This document shows positions 28,040-36,456 of a stretch of DNA of 64,000 nt, piece after piece (position 1 is the stretch's first letter; each line of letters begins with the position of its first letter). Source of the DNA: Ignavibacteriales bacterium (lineage in GTDB: Bacteria > Bacteroidota > Ignavibacteria > UBA10030 > UBA6906); contig JBBIRR010000007.1 in NCBI GenBank assembly GCA_037441705.1, forward strand, positions 24,187 through 88,186, in the 5' to 3' direction. The translations under genes were made by a program, and so were the position numbers. The notes below the pieces were generated by a model, which was not told the DNA's origin, did no database searches, and worked only from the letters and a program-made list of their open reading frames with translations.

Positions 28040-29530
28040 TCACGCCTCGTTTTCGTCCTTCGTTTGTGTCGTGTCGATTTTCACGGGGTATTTCCCGCTG
28101 AAGCACGCCGTACAATAGTTGGCACCATTCTCATGCGGCACCGACGCCAGCAAGTCCTCTAACTCCAGATACTCCAAGCTGTCAACACCCAACTCTGCCT
28201 GGATTCTCTTCACGTCGCCATCGCATTTGTTGGCAATCAATTCCTCCTTGCTGGGAAAATCCATTCCGTAATGGCACGGGTACTTGATCGGCGGCGCCGT
28301 GACGCGGAAGTGCACTTCTTTCGGTCCGGCCTGCTTCACCAGCTGCACGAGTTGCTTCGAGGTTGTGCCGCGGACAATCGAATCGTCCACGATCACCACG
28401 ACACGATCTTTGAGGACACCCTTGACGGTGTTGAACTTGGTCTTCACCTTGTTCTCACGCACATCCTGCTTGGGCTGGATAAACGTCCGCCCGATGTAGT
28501 GACTGCGAATCAGTCCGATTTCGAGTTTTGTTTTGTTACCGAGTTTGTTCGCCGCCTGAACAAACCCCATGGTGGCGGTGTTGCTGGAGTCGGGGACGTT
28601 GATGACGATAACCTTTTCGTCAGGATTGCCGGGATGCACGGGTTTCGTTCTTGCTAACGTTTTGCCCAACTTCCTGCGAACCTTGTCAACGCTGTGGCCG
28701 AAGATCTGACTGTCGGGGCGAGAGAAGTAGATGTACTCGAAGATGCAGTAATGCGGCGCCGGCGTTTCGTCGTTGATCCTCAGAGACTTCACCGAGCCGG
28801 TGGCCTGTGCATCCTCATCAATAACAATCAGCTCTCCCGGATCGACGTCGCGTACATACTCTGCGTCAATGATGTCGAAGGCAACCGTCTCCGAAGCAAC
28901 GAAGAACGCATTGCCTTTGCGCCCGAGAGCCAGCGGACGGAAGCCGGAGTGATCGCGGGCGGCAATGAGCCGGTTGTTGGTGAGAATGACAAGCGAGAAT
29001 GCGCCGCGTATCTGCGAGAGTGCGTCGCGAATCTGCTCGATCTGGTCCGTGTGTTTGCTGCGGGCGATGAGGTGGAGGATCACCTCCGTATCGGAGGTGG
29101 TTTGAAAGATTGTCCCCTCCTCCACCAACCGCTTTCGTATCTCGCGGAAGTTGGTCAGATTGCCGTTGTGTGCAACGGCGAGATTGCCGCTTTTGTAGAT
29201 CACCGTGAGCGGCTGAATGTTCAGCTTGTTATCGGCCGCTCCGGCGGTGGAGTAGCGGTTGTGGCCGATGGCGATCGTGCCGCGGAGTTCGGCAGTCAGC
29301 AGACGTTCGTCTCGATAAATCTCGTTGACGAGGCCGAAGTCCTTGTGGATGTGAAAGCGGTAGCGCTTGAGCTTTTCGTCATATTCCGAGGTAACGATGC
29401 CCGAGCCTTCTTGCCCGCGATGCTGTTGAGCGAGTAAGCCGTAATAGGTGAATTGCGCCGCTGCAGGGTGGCCGTACACGCCGAAAACGGCGCAGTGGCA
29501 TTGGGGTTTGTCGAGAACGGGATTGCTCAT
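28040..29530 (-). CDS. purF: Amidophosphoribosyltransferase (propeptide, Fe-S type)
   Basis: CAVFG after a short propeptide, QHRGQE, GHNRYST, VDDSIVRGTT, CIFEYIYF, CTACF. Confidence 0.95.
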   Translation of the reverse strand: MSNPVLDKPQCHCAVFGVYGHPAAAQFTYYGLLAQQHRGQEGSGIVTSEYDEKLKRYRFHIHKDFGLVNEIYRDERLLTAELRGTIAIGHNRYSTAGAADNKLNIQPLTVIYKSGNLAVAHNGNLTNFREIRKRLVEEGTIFQTTSDTEVILHLIARSKHTDQIEQIRDALSQIRGAFSLVILTNNRLIAARDHSGFRPLALGRKGNAFFVASETVAFDIIDAEYVRDVDPGELIVIDEDAQATGSVKSLRINDETPAPHYCIFEYIYFSRPDSQIFGHSVDKVRRKLGKTLARTKPVHPGNPDEKVIVINVPDSSNTATMGFVQAANKLGNKTKLEIGLIRSHYIGRTFIQPKQDVRENKVKTKFNTVKGVLKDRVVVIVDDSIVRGTTSKQLVQLVKQAGPKEVHFRVTAPPIKYPCHYGMDFPSKEELIANKCDGDVKRIQAELGVDSLEYLELEDLLASVPHENGANYCTACFSGKYPVKIDTTQTKDENEA

Positions 29531-29580
29531 GGTGTCGGATTGTACATCGTGCTTCAATATACAGCAACTTCTTTGGTCAA

Positions 29581-31182
29581 TCAATCAGCAATCGTATCGT
29601 GGAGGAACTCGGCGTCGTTGCGGTGCGGATAGTCCGTCGTCATGTGCAGCCCGCGGCTTTCTTTTCTTTTCATCGCACACTGAATGATCAGCATCGCGCA
29701 CTGAGCGAGGTTGCGCAGCTCGATCAATCCTTCCGTCACTTTCGTTTTCTTATAGAATGCTTCCACTTCATCCTGAAGAAGTTTCATGCGGCGAAGCGCA
29801 CGCTCCAAACGCAGATTCGAGCGAACGATCCCGACGTAATCCCACATGATGTGTTGTATCTCTTTCCGATTGTGGGCGATCAGCACCCATTCCTCGCTGT
29901 TGAATGTTCCACTATCATCCCAATCTTGAAGTGCGGGAAATTCTCGCGAAGAGTCCTTCAGGCGGCGTCGCGCATCTTCGGCTGCGCGATGCGAAAAAAC
30001 TAAACCCTCCAACAACGAATTGCTCGCGAGACGATTGGCCCCGTGGACGCCTGTCATGCTCACTTCGCCGGACGCATACAGGCCGTCAATGGAGGTGCGT
30101 CCTTCTGTATCGGTTACCACCCCGCCGCACGAGTAATGCGCGGCGGGCACGACCGGAATCGGCTCTTTTGTAATGTCAAGCTTGTATTTCGTGAGGCAGG
30201 TTTGATAGATGTGGGGGAACTTTTCGATCGTTTGCTCCCGAGGAAGATGTCGCAAATCTAACAGCACATAATCCTCTCCCCGCTTCTTCAACTCCGTATC
30301 GATAGCGTAGGCAACGATGTCTCGCGGCGCAAGCGACTGGCGCGGGTCGTACTTGTGCATGAACTCTTCGCCATCCAACGTACGAAGAATGCCGCCGTAT
30401 CCGCGCACGGCCTCGGAGATGAGGAAGGAAGGACTGCCGGAGTCGTAGAGCGTTGTGGGATGAAACTGCACGAATTCCATGTTCGCGATGATCGCGCCGG
30501 CGCGGTATGCCATTGCCACGCCGTCGCCGGTGGCGATCAAGGGGTTGGTGGTGTGGAGATAGACGTGGCCCAGCCCACCGGTAGCAAGCAGAACGATTCT
30601 TGCCAGGAACGTGTCGACACGATGCAGGCGTTCGTTCAACACATATGCACCCCAGCAGTGAATATTCCGGCGATCGATCTCACGCTTCGGAAGCACGTGA
30701 TGCTCGGTGATCAACTCGATGGCAATATGGTTTTCGAAGATGGTAATGTTCGGGTGGCTCGTCGCGTGCGCCACCAGTGCACGCTCGATCTCTCTTCCTG
30801 TCAGGTCTCGCGCATGAACGATGCGGTTGACCGAATGCCCTCCTTCGCGGCCGAGGTCCAGCTCGCCGGTTTCCTTTCGTGTGAATTCGACGCCCAACTC
30901 AATCAGCTCGTTGAGTCGGTCGGGACCTTCTTTGACGAGAATTTCGACCGCGTCGCGGTGGCACAGCCCCGCCCCGGTGGCAAGAGTATCCTGAATATGT
31001 GCCTCGAAAGAATCCATCCTGGACATCACGGCAGCGACACCTCCTTGAGCGTAGTTGGTGTTCGATTCCGCTCGTTCCTTTTTGGTGATGATCGCCACCG
31101 AGCCGTACGGGGCTACCTTCAATGCGTAGAAGAGTCCCGCAATACCGCTCCCCAGAACAAGAAAGTCAAATCGGTGGGTCAT
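29581..31182 (-). CDS. nadB: L-aspartate oxidase
   Basis: [48 protein letters not shown]. Confidence 0.95.
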   Translation of the reverse strand: MTHRFDFLVLGSGIAGLFYALKVAPYGSVAIITKKERAESNTNYAQGGVAAVMSRMDSFEAHIQDTLATGAGLCHRDAVEILVKEGPDRLNELIELGVEFTRKETGELDLGREGGHSVNRIVHARDLTGREIERALVAHATSHPNITIFENHIAIELITEHHVLPKREIDRRNIHCWGAYVLNERLHRVDTFLARIVLLATGGLGHVYLHTTNPLIATGDGVAMAYRAGAIIANMEFVQFHPTTLYDSGSPSFLISEAVRGYGGILRTLDGEEFMHKYDPRQSLAPRDIVAYAIDTELKKRGEDYVLLDLRHLPREQTIEKFPHIYQTCLTKYKLDITKEPIPVVPAAHYSCGGVVTDTEGRTSIDGLYASGEVSMTGVHGANRLASNSLLEGLVFSHRAAEDARRRLKDSSREFPALQDWDDSGTFNSEEWVLIAHNRKEIQHIMWDYVGIVRSNLRLERALRRMKLLQDEVEAFYKKTKVTEGLIELRNLAQCAMLIIQCAMKRKESRGLHMTTDYPHRNDAEFLHDTIAD

Positions 31183-31232
31183 GGAAGTGTTGTCTGCGTT
31201 GCCGGCTGTTTGTGATGCGACCCAATATAAAC

Positions 31233-31264
31233 AAAAAAAGGGCGGCGGAGAAATCCGTCGCCCT
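31233..31264 (-). terminator. Intrinsic terminator after the beta-barrel gene
   Basis: GGGCGACGGA-TTTC-TCCGCCGCCC followed by TTTTTTT. Confidence 0.75.
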
Positions 31265-31285
31265 GATACATTTGCGCTCGCGATG

Positions 31286-32689
31286 CTATTCGAAATTGTA
31301 GCTCGCGTTCAAGAACCCAAACGTGTTCAGGTTGTCGTTCGAGCCAATGAGGCCAAAGCCGCGACGCAGCGCTTCTTCCGTGACCGTTGCGTCGAGCGAG
31401 AAATTGCCGAACCGGAACCCGAGACCCAGTGTGACAATGCCATCATGGTTGTAGTTTCCGAACAACAGAAAACTGCTCGGCGTGGTAAGATTGGTTTCGA
31501 ATGCCGTTGCCGTGGTGCCGATGGTAGACTCAACCTTCAGCTTGAACTTTCCAAGCGTGCGGTAGTAACCGGCGCGGCCCGCGAGCCAATCCAGAAACCA
31601 CCATTCGCCGCCGAGATTGATTACCGGAATGGACGTGTTGGAGACCGTTCCGGTGAGCGCGGCAGCAGGTGTGCTGCCAACGGCCGCCTGCGCAAATTCG
31701 ACTTTCGCCCGCGCAGTGAAGAAACTCAACCCCGTCGCAATCAGAATAGTCGGAGTCTGATACTCGATTCCTCCGCCGAATGCGACCGAGGTGAGTGATA
31801 CTTTGAGTGAGGCAGGAGTATTGGCCGCGGCGGCAGTCGGTTTTCTATCTTCCTTCGGCTCCCCCGACACTGTCGCAAACGCTCCGTACGGCACAAAACT
31901 GACTCTGTTCGAAAGCTTCAAACGTGCCCGCGCCTGAACCTGGAACTCCGTCCCACTCACGGAGTAATCGCCGTCGACCGGCGTTGTCGGAGCGGGCGTC
32001 ATGCTTACCTTATCGGTAGCCTTGTCCAATCGAAGCGCGGCGCTGACATCGAGAGCATTTCCACCTCCCATATCGAACAGGATGCCGCCGCGGAAACCAA
32101 ACACCCGAGCAGAGGCTTCCGAGGAAGAGGAGGTTGTTCCCGAGGTGAACGTAGAATCGGAGTTGGAGTTGCCGTACATGAAACCGAATCCAACATCGAG
32201 CGCCCCTAAATCAACCGACGCGAACGCCTCCCACACATTAGCGATAGGTGGGATCGGCCGCGGGAAACGCTGTGCGATCGAACCGATAGGAAGCGGGAAC
32301 CCCAACGCGCCGACACCCGCAATGAACGTTCGTGCCTGATTGGCGAACGACGGATCGTAACTCAACACCGCGCCAATCGTCAGTTGCTTGTTGATTGCAA
32401 AGCTGATTCCTGCATTCTGGAGACCGTAGCCGTTATCCGCGGTCGTCAGCCCGGCAAGTGTACCGCCGCCGATGTTCGACCAGAAGTAATCTTTGTAACG
32501 AGTCTGGTAGGCAGGATTCAGCAGCAAGAGTGCCGGGTCATCCCACATGAACGGATTGAGCACCAATCCCTGACCGGCGCTCGCGCCGCCCATTGCAATC
32601 TGGCGCGCAAGTCCTCCCCACTTTGCCTGGCCGTATGCCGACGCACACACAAACACTCCCGCGAACACAAAGAGTGCTACTCGTTTCAT
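31286..32689 (-). CDS. Outer-membrane beta-barrel, FadL/PorV-like N-terminus
   Basis: AAGGAGG RBS, signal peptide ending [12 protein letters not shown]...DDP..LLNPA motif, amphipathic strands, C-terminal ASYNFE. Confidence 0.65.
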   Translation of the reverse strand: MKRVALFVFAGVFVCASAYGQAKWGGLARQIAMGGASAGQGLVLNPFMWDDPALLLLNPAYQTRYKDYFWSNIGGGTLAGLTTADNGYGLQNAGISFAINKQLTIGAVLSYDPSFANQARTFIAGVGALGFPLPIGSIAQRFPRPIPPIANVWEAFASVDLGALDVGFGFMYGNSNSDSTFTSGTTSSSSEASARVFGFRGGILFDMGGGNALDVSAALRLDKATDKVSMTPAPTTPVDGDYSVSGTEFQVQARARLKLSNRVSFVPYGAFATVSGEPKEDRKPTAAAANTPASLKVSLTSVAFGGGIEYQTPTILIATGLSFFTARAKVEFAQAAVGSTPAAALTGTVSNTSIPVINLGGEWWFLDWLAGRAGYYRTLGKFKLKVESTIGTTATAFETNLTTPSSFLLFGNYNHDGIVTLGLGFRFGNFSLDATVTEEALRRGFGLIGSNDNLNTFGFLNASYNFE

Positions 32690-32751
32690 GGTACCTCCTT
32701 GAATTGTGAGGGAAAGGTGGAATTGTGGGAGAAAGGAACCTGCGGACAGTG

Positions 32752-32838
32752 TCAACACTCCCAGCAGCCCGCGGCAAGAACGGCGGTGAGCACAAACAGA
32801 ATCGCGTTGGCAACTCTGTACTTCAGGGAGCGGCTCAT
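32752..32838 (-). CDS. 28-aa small ORF: lipoprotein-type signal peptide plus CWEC
   Basis: GGAGGT RBS; MSRSLKYRVANAILFVLTAVLAAG-CWEC*. Confidence 0.5.
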   Translation of the reverse strand: MSRSLKYRVANAILFVLTAVLAAGCWEC

Positions 32839-33015
32839 AGGGACCTCCATTGTTGATTGTGGTTGGATGATGGATTGTGACCTGCGGCGTTGGTGCTGTG
32901 CTGACCGGCGCATACGCCAGCGCATCTGAAAGAGGATGAAAAGGTTTTCTTGATGGTTGCCAGAATGCCCCTTCGCAGCGGGCGGTGCCTCGGCAGGCTT
33001 CCGAGATGTCTTCAT
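32752..33015 (-). CDS. 87-aa upstream ORF, in frame with the 28-aa ORF
   Basis: AGGAGGGG RBS before ATG 33015, just downstream of a consensus promoter; no recognisable domain. Confidence 0.35.
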   Translation of the reverse strand: MKTSRKPAEAPPAAKGHSGNHQENLFILFQMRWRMRRSAQHQRRRSQSIIQPQSTMEVPMSRSLKYRVANAILFVLTAVLAAGCWEC

Positions 33016-33068
33016 AAGGGTCCCCTCCTGTTATGATGGGTCAAGAACCCACTGGAAAAGCTTGGGAC

Positions 33069-33097
33069 ATCATACCGACTTCACGAACCAATGTCAA
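33069..33097 (-). promoter_or_regulatory. sigma70 promoter driving the small ORFs and beta-barrel
   Basis: TTGACA-17 nt-TATGAT. Confidence 0.7.
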
Positions 33098-33160
33098 GCA
33101 CAGAAACGGGGAAGCGCAAAAAATCAAAGATGTGATAAAGGCTCGGCCGTACTTTTTCCA

Positions 33161-33805
33161 TCAGAGCCGCTGCAAGAGCGAGTCGAGAAAGGCTACACTT
33201 CGCTCCAGATCAGGTTCCGACCCATTGTTCGTCAACACGAAATCGGCACGACGCAGCGCCTGCTCGACGTTCATTTGCGATTGCATCCGAGCGAGAATTT
33301 CTTCGCGCGTCACACCATCCCGCTTCATGACTCGTTCGATTCGCTTCTCTTCATCCGCACTCACAACGACAACATAATCCAGCTGCTTGTCCATCCCGCT
33401 TTCGAAAATCAATGCGGCTTCGATGATAATAAACGGCCGCCTTTGCGCCGGCGAGAGTTGCCTGACCGTTTCTTCGATGGAGCGAAAGACGTGGGGATGC
33501 ACGATGGCGTTGAGTTCCTGAAGACGTTTGCGGTTGGTGAAGACGTATCCCGCGAGGGCCTTCCGATCTACCAACCCATTGGGAAGAAAAACCTCGTCGC
33601 CGAAGACTTTTCGGAGAGCAGCCTTGATGTCCTCACTGCTATCGGTGAGCGAACGAGCAATCGCATCGGCAGAGAGAACCGTACGCCCCAGACGAGCAAA
33701 GATACTGCAGACGGTTGATTTCCCGCTGCCGATGCCGCCGGTAACGCCCACGCGGAGATAGTCTGTGGACTTGTTTTTCAATACGACTCGCGGGTCACTT
33801 GGCAA
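33161..33805 (-). CDS. coaE: Dephospho-CoA kinase
   Basis: VGVTGGIGSGKSTV, LNAIVHP, EAALIFE, RMQSQ. Confidence 0.93.
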   Translation of the reverse strand: MPSDPRVVLKNKSTDYLRVGVTGGIGSGKSTVCSIFARLGRTVLSADAIARSLTDSSEDIKAALRKVFGDEVFLPNGLVDRKALAGYVFTNRKRLQELNAIVHPHVFRSIEETVRQLSPAQRRPFIIIEAALIFESGMDKQLDYVVVVSADEEKRIERVMKRDGVTREEILARMQSQMNVEQALRRADFVLTNNGSEPDLERSVAFLDSLLQRL

Positions 33806-35357
33806 TGGCTACCGAGCGAAACTCCCGGATAACCGTCACTTTGATTTGTCCGGGGTATTCCATCTCTTGCTGGATCTTGGCTGCAATATCGTGCGCGAGC
33901 TGATCGGCGAGTGCGTCGTCCACTTTAGACGGCTCGACGACCACGCGAATTTCCCGGCCAGCCTGGATGGCGTATGTCTTTTCTACACCCTGGAAAGAGT
34001 TTGCAAAGGTTTCAAGTTTCTCCAACCGTTTCGCGTACCCTTCAACGGACTCACGCCGGGCGCCCGGCCGCGCTCCGCTGATAGCATCGGCAGCCTGCAC
34101 GAGGGCAGCGATGGGAGATTCCATCGGAATGTCGTCATGATGTGAGCCGATGGCATTGGCAACAATCGGATGTTCGCCGTACTTTTTCGCAAGCTCATAG
34201 CCTAACAGGGCGTGAGGGCCTTCTGCGGTCTTCTCTGCACATTTCCCGATGTCGTGCAAGAGACCCGAACGTTTTGCCAGCGCGGTATCCAGTCCCAATT
34301 CACTTGCCATCATGCCCGTAAGGAAAGCCACCTCAATGCTGTGCTGCAGCATGTTCTGACCGTAACTGGAGCGGTACTTCATGCGCCCGATGAGTCGGAG
34401 GATTTCCTTGTGGCCGCCGTGCAGTCCCAGTTCCAGCAATGCGTTTTCGCCCGTCTTGAGCATATCCTCTTCCAGTTCGTGGCGGACTTTCTCGACGACT
34501 TCTTCAATGCGAGCAGGGTGGATACGTCCATCGGCAATGAGGCGCTCCAGCGCGATGCGCGCAACTTCGCGGCGGAACGGATCGAAGCCCGAGAGAATGA
34601 CTGCTTCAGGCGTATCGTCGACAATAACATCAACGCCGGTTGCGGCCTCGAAGGCACGGATGTTTCTGCCCTCTCTGCCGATGATGCGCCCCTTCATTTC
34701 ATCGCTCTGGATGTTCAGCACGCTGACCGTGGTTTCGACCGAGTGATCCGCGGCGGTCCGCTGGATGGCGTGCACGATGAGCTTCTGCGCCTCTTTGCGG
34801 GCTTCATCGCGCGCCTTGTCGCGGATTTCTTTCAACATGTGTGCGGCCTCGGTGCGCGCTTCATTGAGCAAGTTCTCCATCAGCACGCGCTTGGCTTCGT
34901 CGCGTGAGTAGCCCGAAACGCGTTCCAGTCGAGCATTTTCTTCACTGATGAGTTGTTCCAGCTCTGCCTGCCGCGCTTGAAGCTGCCGCTCACGCTCCTC
35001 CAGCTGCCGTTTCAACTGCTGCTGTTCCCGTTCCTTGCGGTTCAGCAACTCCACCTTGCGGTCGATGTTTTCCTCGCGCGCATCGAGGGCTTTTTCCTGG
35101 GCGAGCAGTTTGCTGCGCTTGCTCTGAACGTCGGCATCGAACTCCTTCTTCTTCGAGTACCATTCGTCCTTGACTTCCAGAAGTTTCTCACGTTTGAGCG
35201 TCTCGGCTTCTTTTTCGGCATCGGCAATAATCTTTGCCGCACGCTCTTGGGCCGTCGCAATCCTGTTCGCCCCGGATTTTTGATTCAGGAACCATCCGAT
35301 AAAAAAACTGATTCCGCACGCGAGCAGCACGAGCGGAACGAGAAGATACATGTCCAT
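33795..35357 (-). CDS. rny: Ribonuclease Y
   Basis: N-terminal TM, coiled coil, KGRIIGREGRNIR KH domain, LLHDIGK HD domain, SGARPGAR. Confidence 0.96.
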   Translation of the reverse strand: MDMYLLVPLVLLACGISFFIGWFLNQKSGANRIATAQERAAKIIADAEKEAETLKREKLLEVKDEWYSKKKEFDADVQSKRSKLLAQEKALDAREENIDRKVELLNRKEREQQQLKRQLEERERQLQARQAELEQLISEENARLERVSGYSRDEAKRVLMENLLNEARTEAAHMLKEIRDKARDEARKEAQKLIVHAIQRTAADHSVETTVSVLNIQSDEMKGRIIGREGRNIRAFEAATGVDVIVDDTPEAVILSGFDPFRREVARIALERLIADGRIHPARIEEVVEKVRHELEEDMLKTGENALLELGLHGGHKEILRLIGRMKYRSSYGQNMLQHSIEVAFLTGMMASELGLDTALAKRSGLLHDIGKCAEKTAEGPHALLGYELAKKYGEHPIVANAIGSHHDDIPMESPIAALVQAADAISGARPGARRESVEGYAKRLEKLETFANSFQGVEKTYAIQAGREIRVVVEPSKVDDALADQLAHDIAAKIQQEMEYPGQIKVTVIREFRSVAIAK

Positions 35358-35431
35358 ACAACCTCCCGAAGTACCGATGTGTAACCATCACAGCTCACGA
35401 GCAGGCCGGTGCTGTTCCAGCACCAAAAAAA

Positions 35432-35693
35432 AATCCGCACAAATCAACCGTTCCAAAGAGTCTATGAAAGAACCTCTTTTCAAACACAGTGGGTGCTCGC
35501 CTGAACGCCTTTTACTTCCACAATCTCGCTCGTCCCGAACAGCCGCAGCTGAGTCAGGATGTCATCGCAAGAATCCCGCTCACTCGGTCAGAGGGACGGG
35601 ATGTGGCGTGTAATCAACGCCCACGAGTCGGGCTCCCTTGGGTATAGTGTTGGTTCTTTATACGTATGTTTGAGACGGTTGACGGTGCGGATT
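35432..35693 (-). ncRNA. ssrS: 6S RNA (about 262 nt, long)
   Basis: Between zapA and rny; ends pair (AAUCCGCAC..UCAACCGU / ACGGUUGA..GUGCGGAUU); GAACC-bubble-GGGAGC and GCACCCAC...GGUUC 6S-like motifs; followed by a U tract. Confidence 0.8.
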
Positions 35694-35757
35694 CACACCA
35701 TCCGTACGCAACGAACCTATGCCATAAAGAACAGACGTTGTTCCTTTCGCTGATGAT

Positions 35758-36060
35758 TCACGGAGTTGATGGTTCCTGCAAACACGCGTCGAGGTATGCA
35801 TTGAGTTTTGCGATTTCGTTCTCTACAGCCGTTGTCAGTGCCTTCGAGCGTTCGCGCTCTTTGAAGAGGTCTTCCGTGATATTCAGCGCAGATAGAACAG
35901 CCACGGTCAGGGTAGGTTGCTCGGGAATCTTGTTGTGGATAGTCGTGATCATTTCATCCACGTACGTTGCCACGCGTCGCGTGAAATCTTCACTTTCTCC
36001 ACGCAGGGGATATTCCGAGCCGAAGATTTTTACTCTGATGCTTTTTCTATCTGGTGTCAT
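35758..36060 (-). CDS. zapA: Cell division protein ZapA
   Basis: VKIFGSEYPL, VA.YVDEM, AVLSALNITEDL; pheT-zapB-zapA-rny context. Confidence 0.88.
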   Translation of the reverse strand: MTPDRKSIRVKIFGSEYPLRGESEDFTRRVATYVDEMITTIHNKIPEQPTLTVAVLSALNITEDLFKERERSKALTTAVENEIAKLNAYLDACLQEPSTP

Positions 36061-36129
36061 CCGTCAATTCCTTACACCCTGATCCAACGATAGGGAACCC
36101 GTCCCTCGTCCGTCGCGCGCGAGCGAAGC

Positions 36130-36423
36130 TCATAGATACGCGTCGATACGCGCAAGAAGCTCCTTCACCTTGGCCGCCAATTGTGCTCGCTCGCCATTGG
36201 AGATGATGGCTGCAGCTTTCACGTCCTGCGCAGCTGCGCGCTGGAGCTGCTGCTCCTTTGCGGCAAGGTCGTTCCGCAGCTTGGCTACTTCCTGTTGCAG
36301 CAATGCCACCTGGGCTTGCAGTGCCTGTCTCTCCTCACGCAGCTGCGCGATCACGTCTCCGGCCCGGCGTACCTTCTCCCAGAGAACTTTCAGCGATTCT
36401 TCGATATGAGCAAGCTGCTCCAC
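36130..36423 (-). CDS. ZapB-like coiled-coil protein
   Basis: Heptad coiled coil, located between pheT and zapA. Confidence 0.7.
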   Translation of the reverse strand: MEQLAHIEESLKVLWEKVRRAGDVIAQLREERQALQAQVALLQQEVAKLRNDLAAKEQQLQRAAAQDVKAAAIISNGERAQLAAKVKELLARIDAYL

Positions 36424-36456
36424 GAGAGAGTCCGTTGTGTTTTTTGCCGATCCCCG

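Noticed and set aside
32686-32754. Selenocysteine read-through of the small ORF's TGA, giving CWEC-U-HC and ending at an ATGA overlap with the barrel gene
   Set aside because: No convincing SECIS stem follows the TGA, the downstream sequence looks like an A/C-rich UTR, and the frame coincidence is a one-in-three event; not fully excluded
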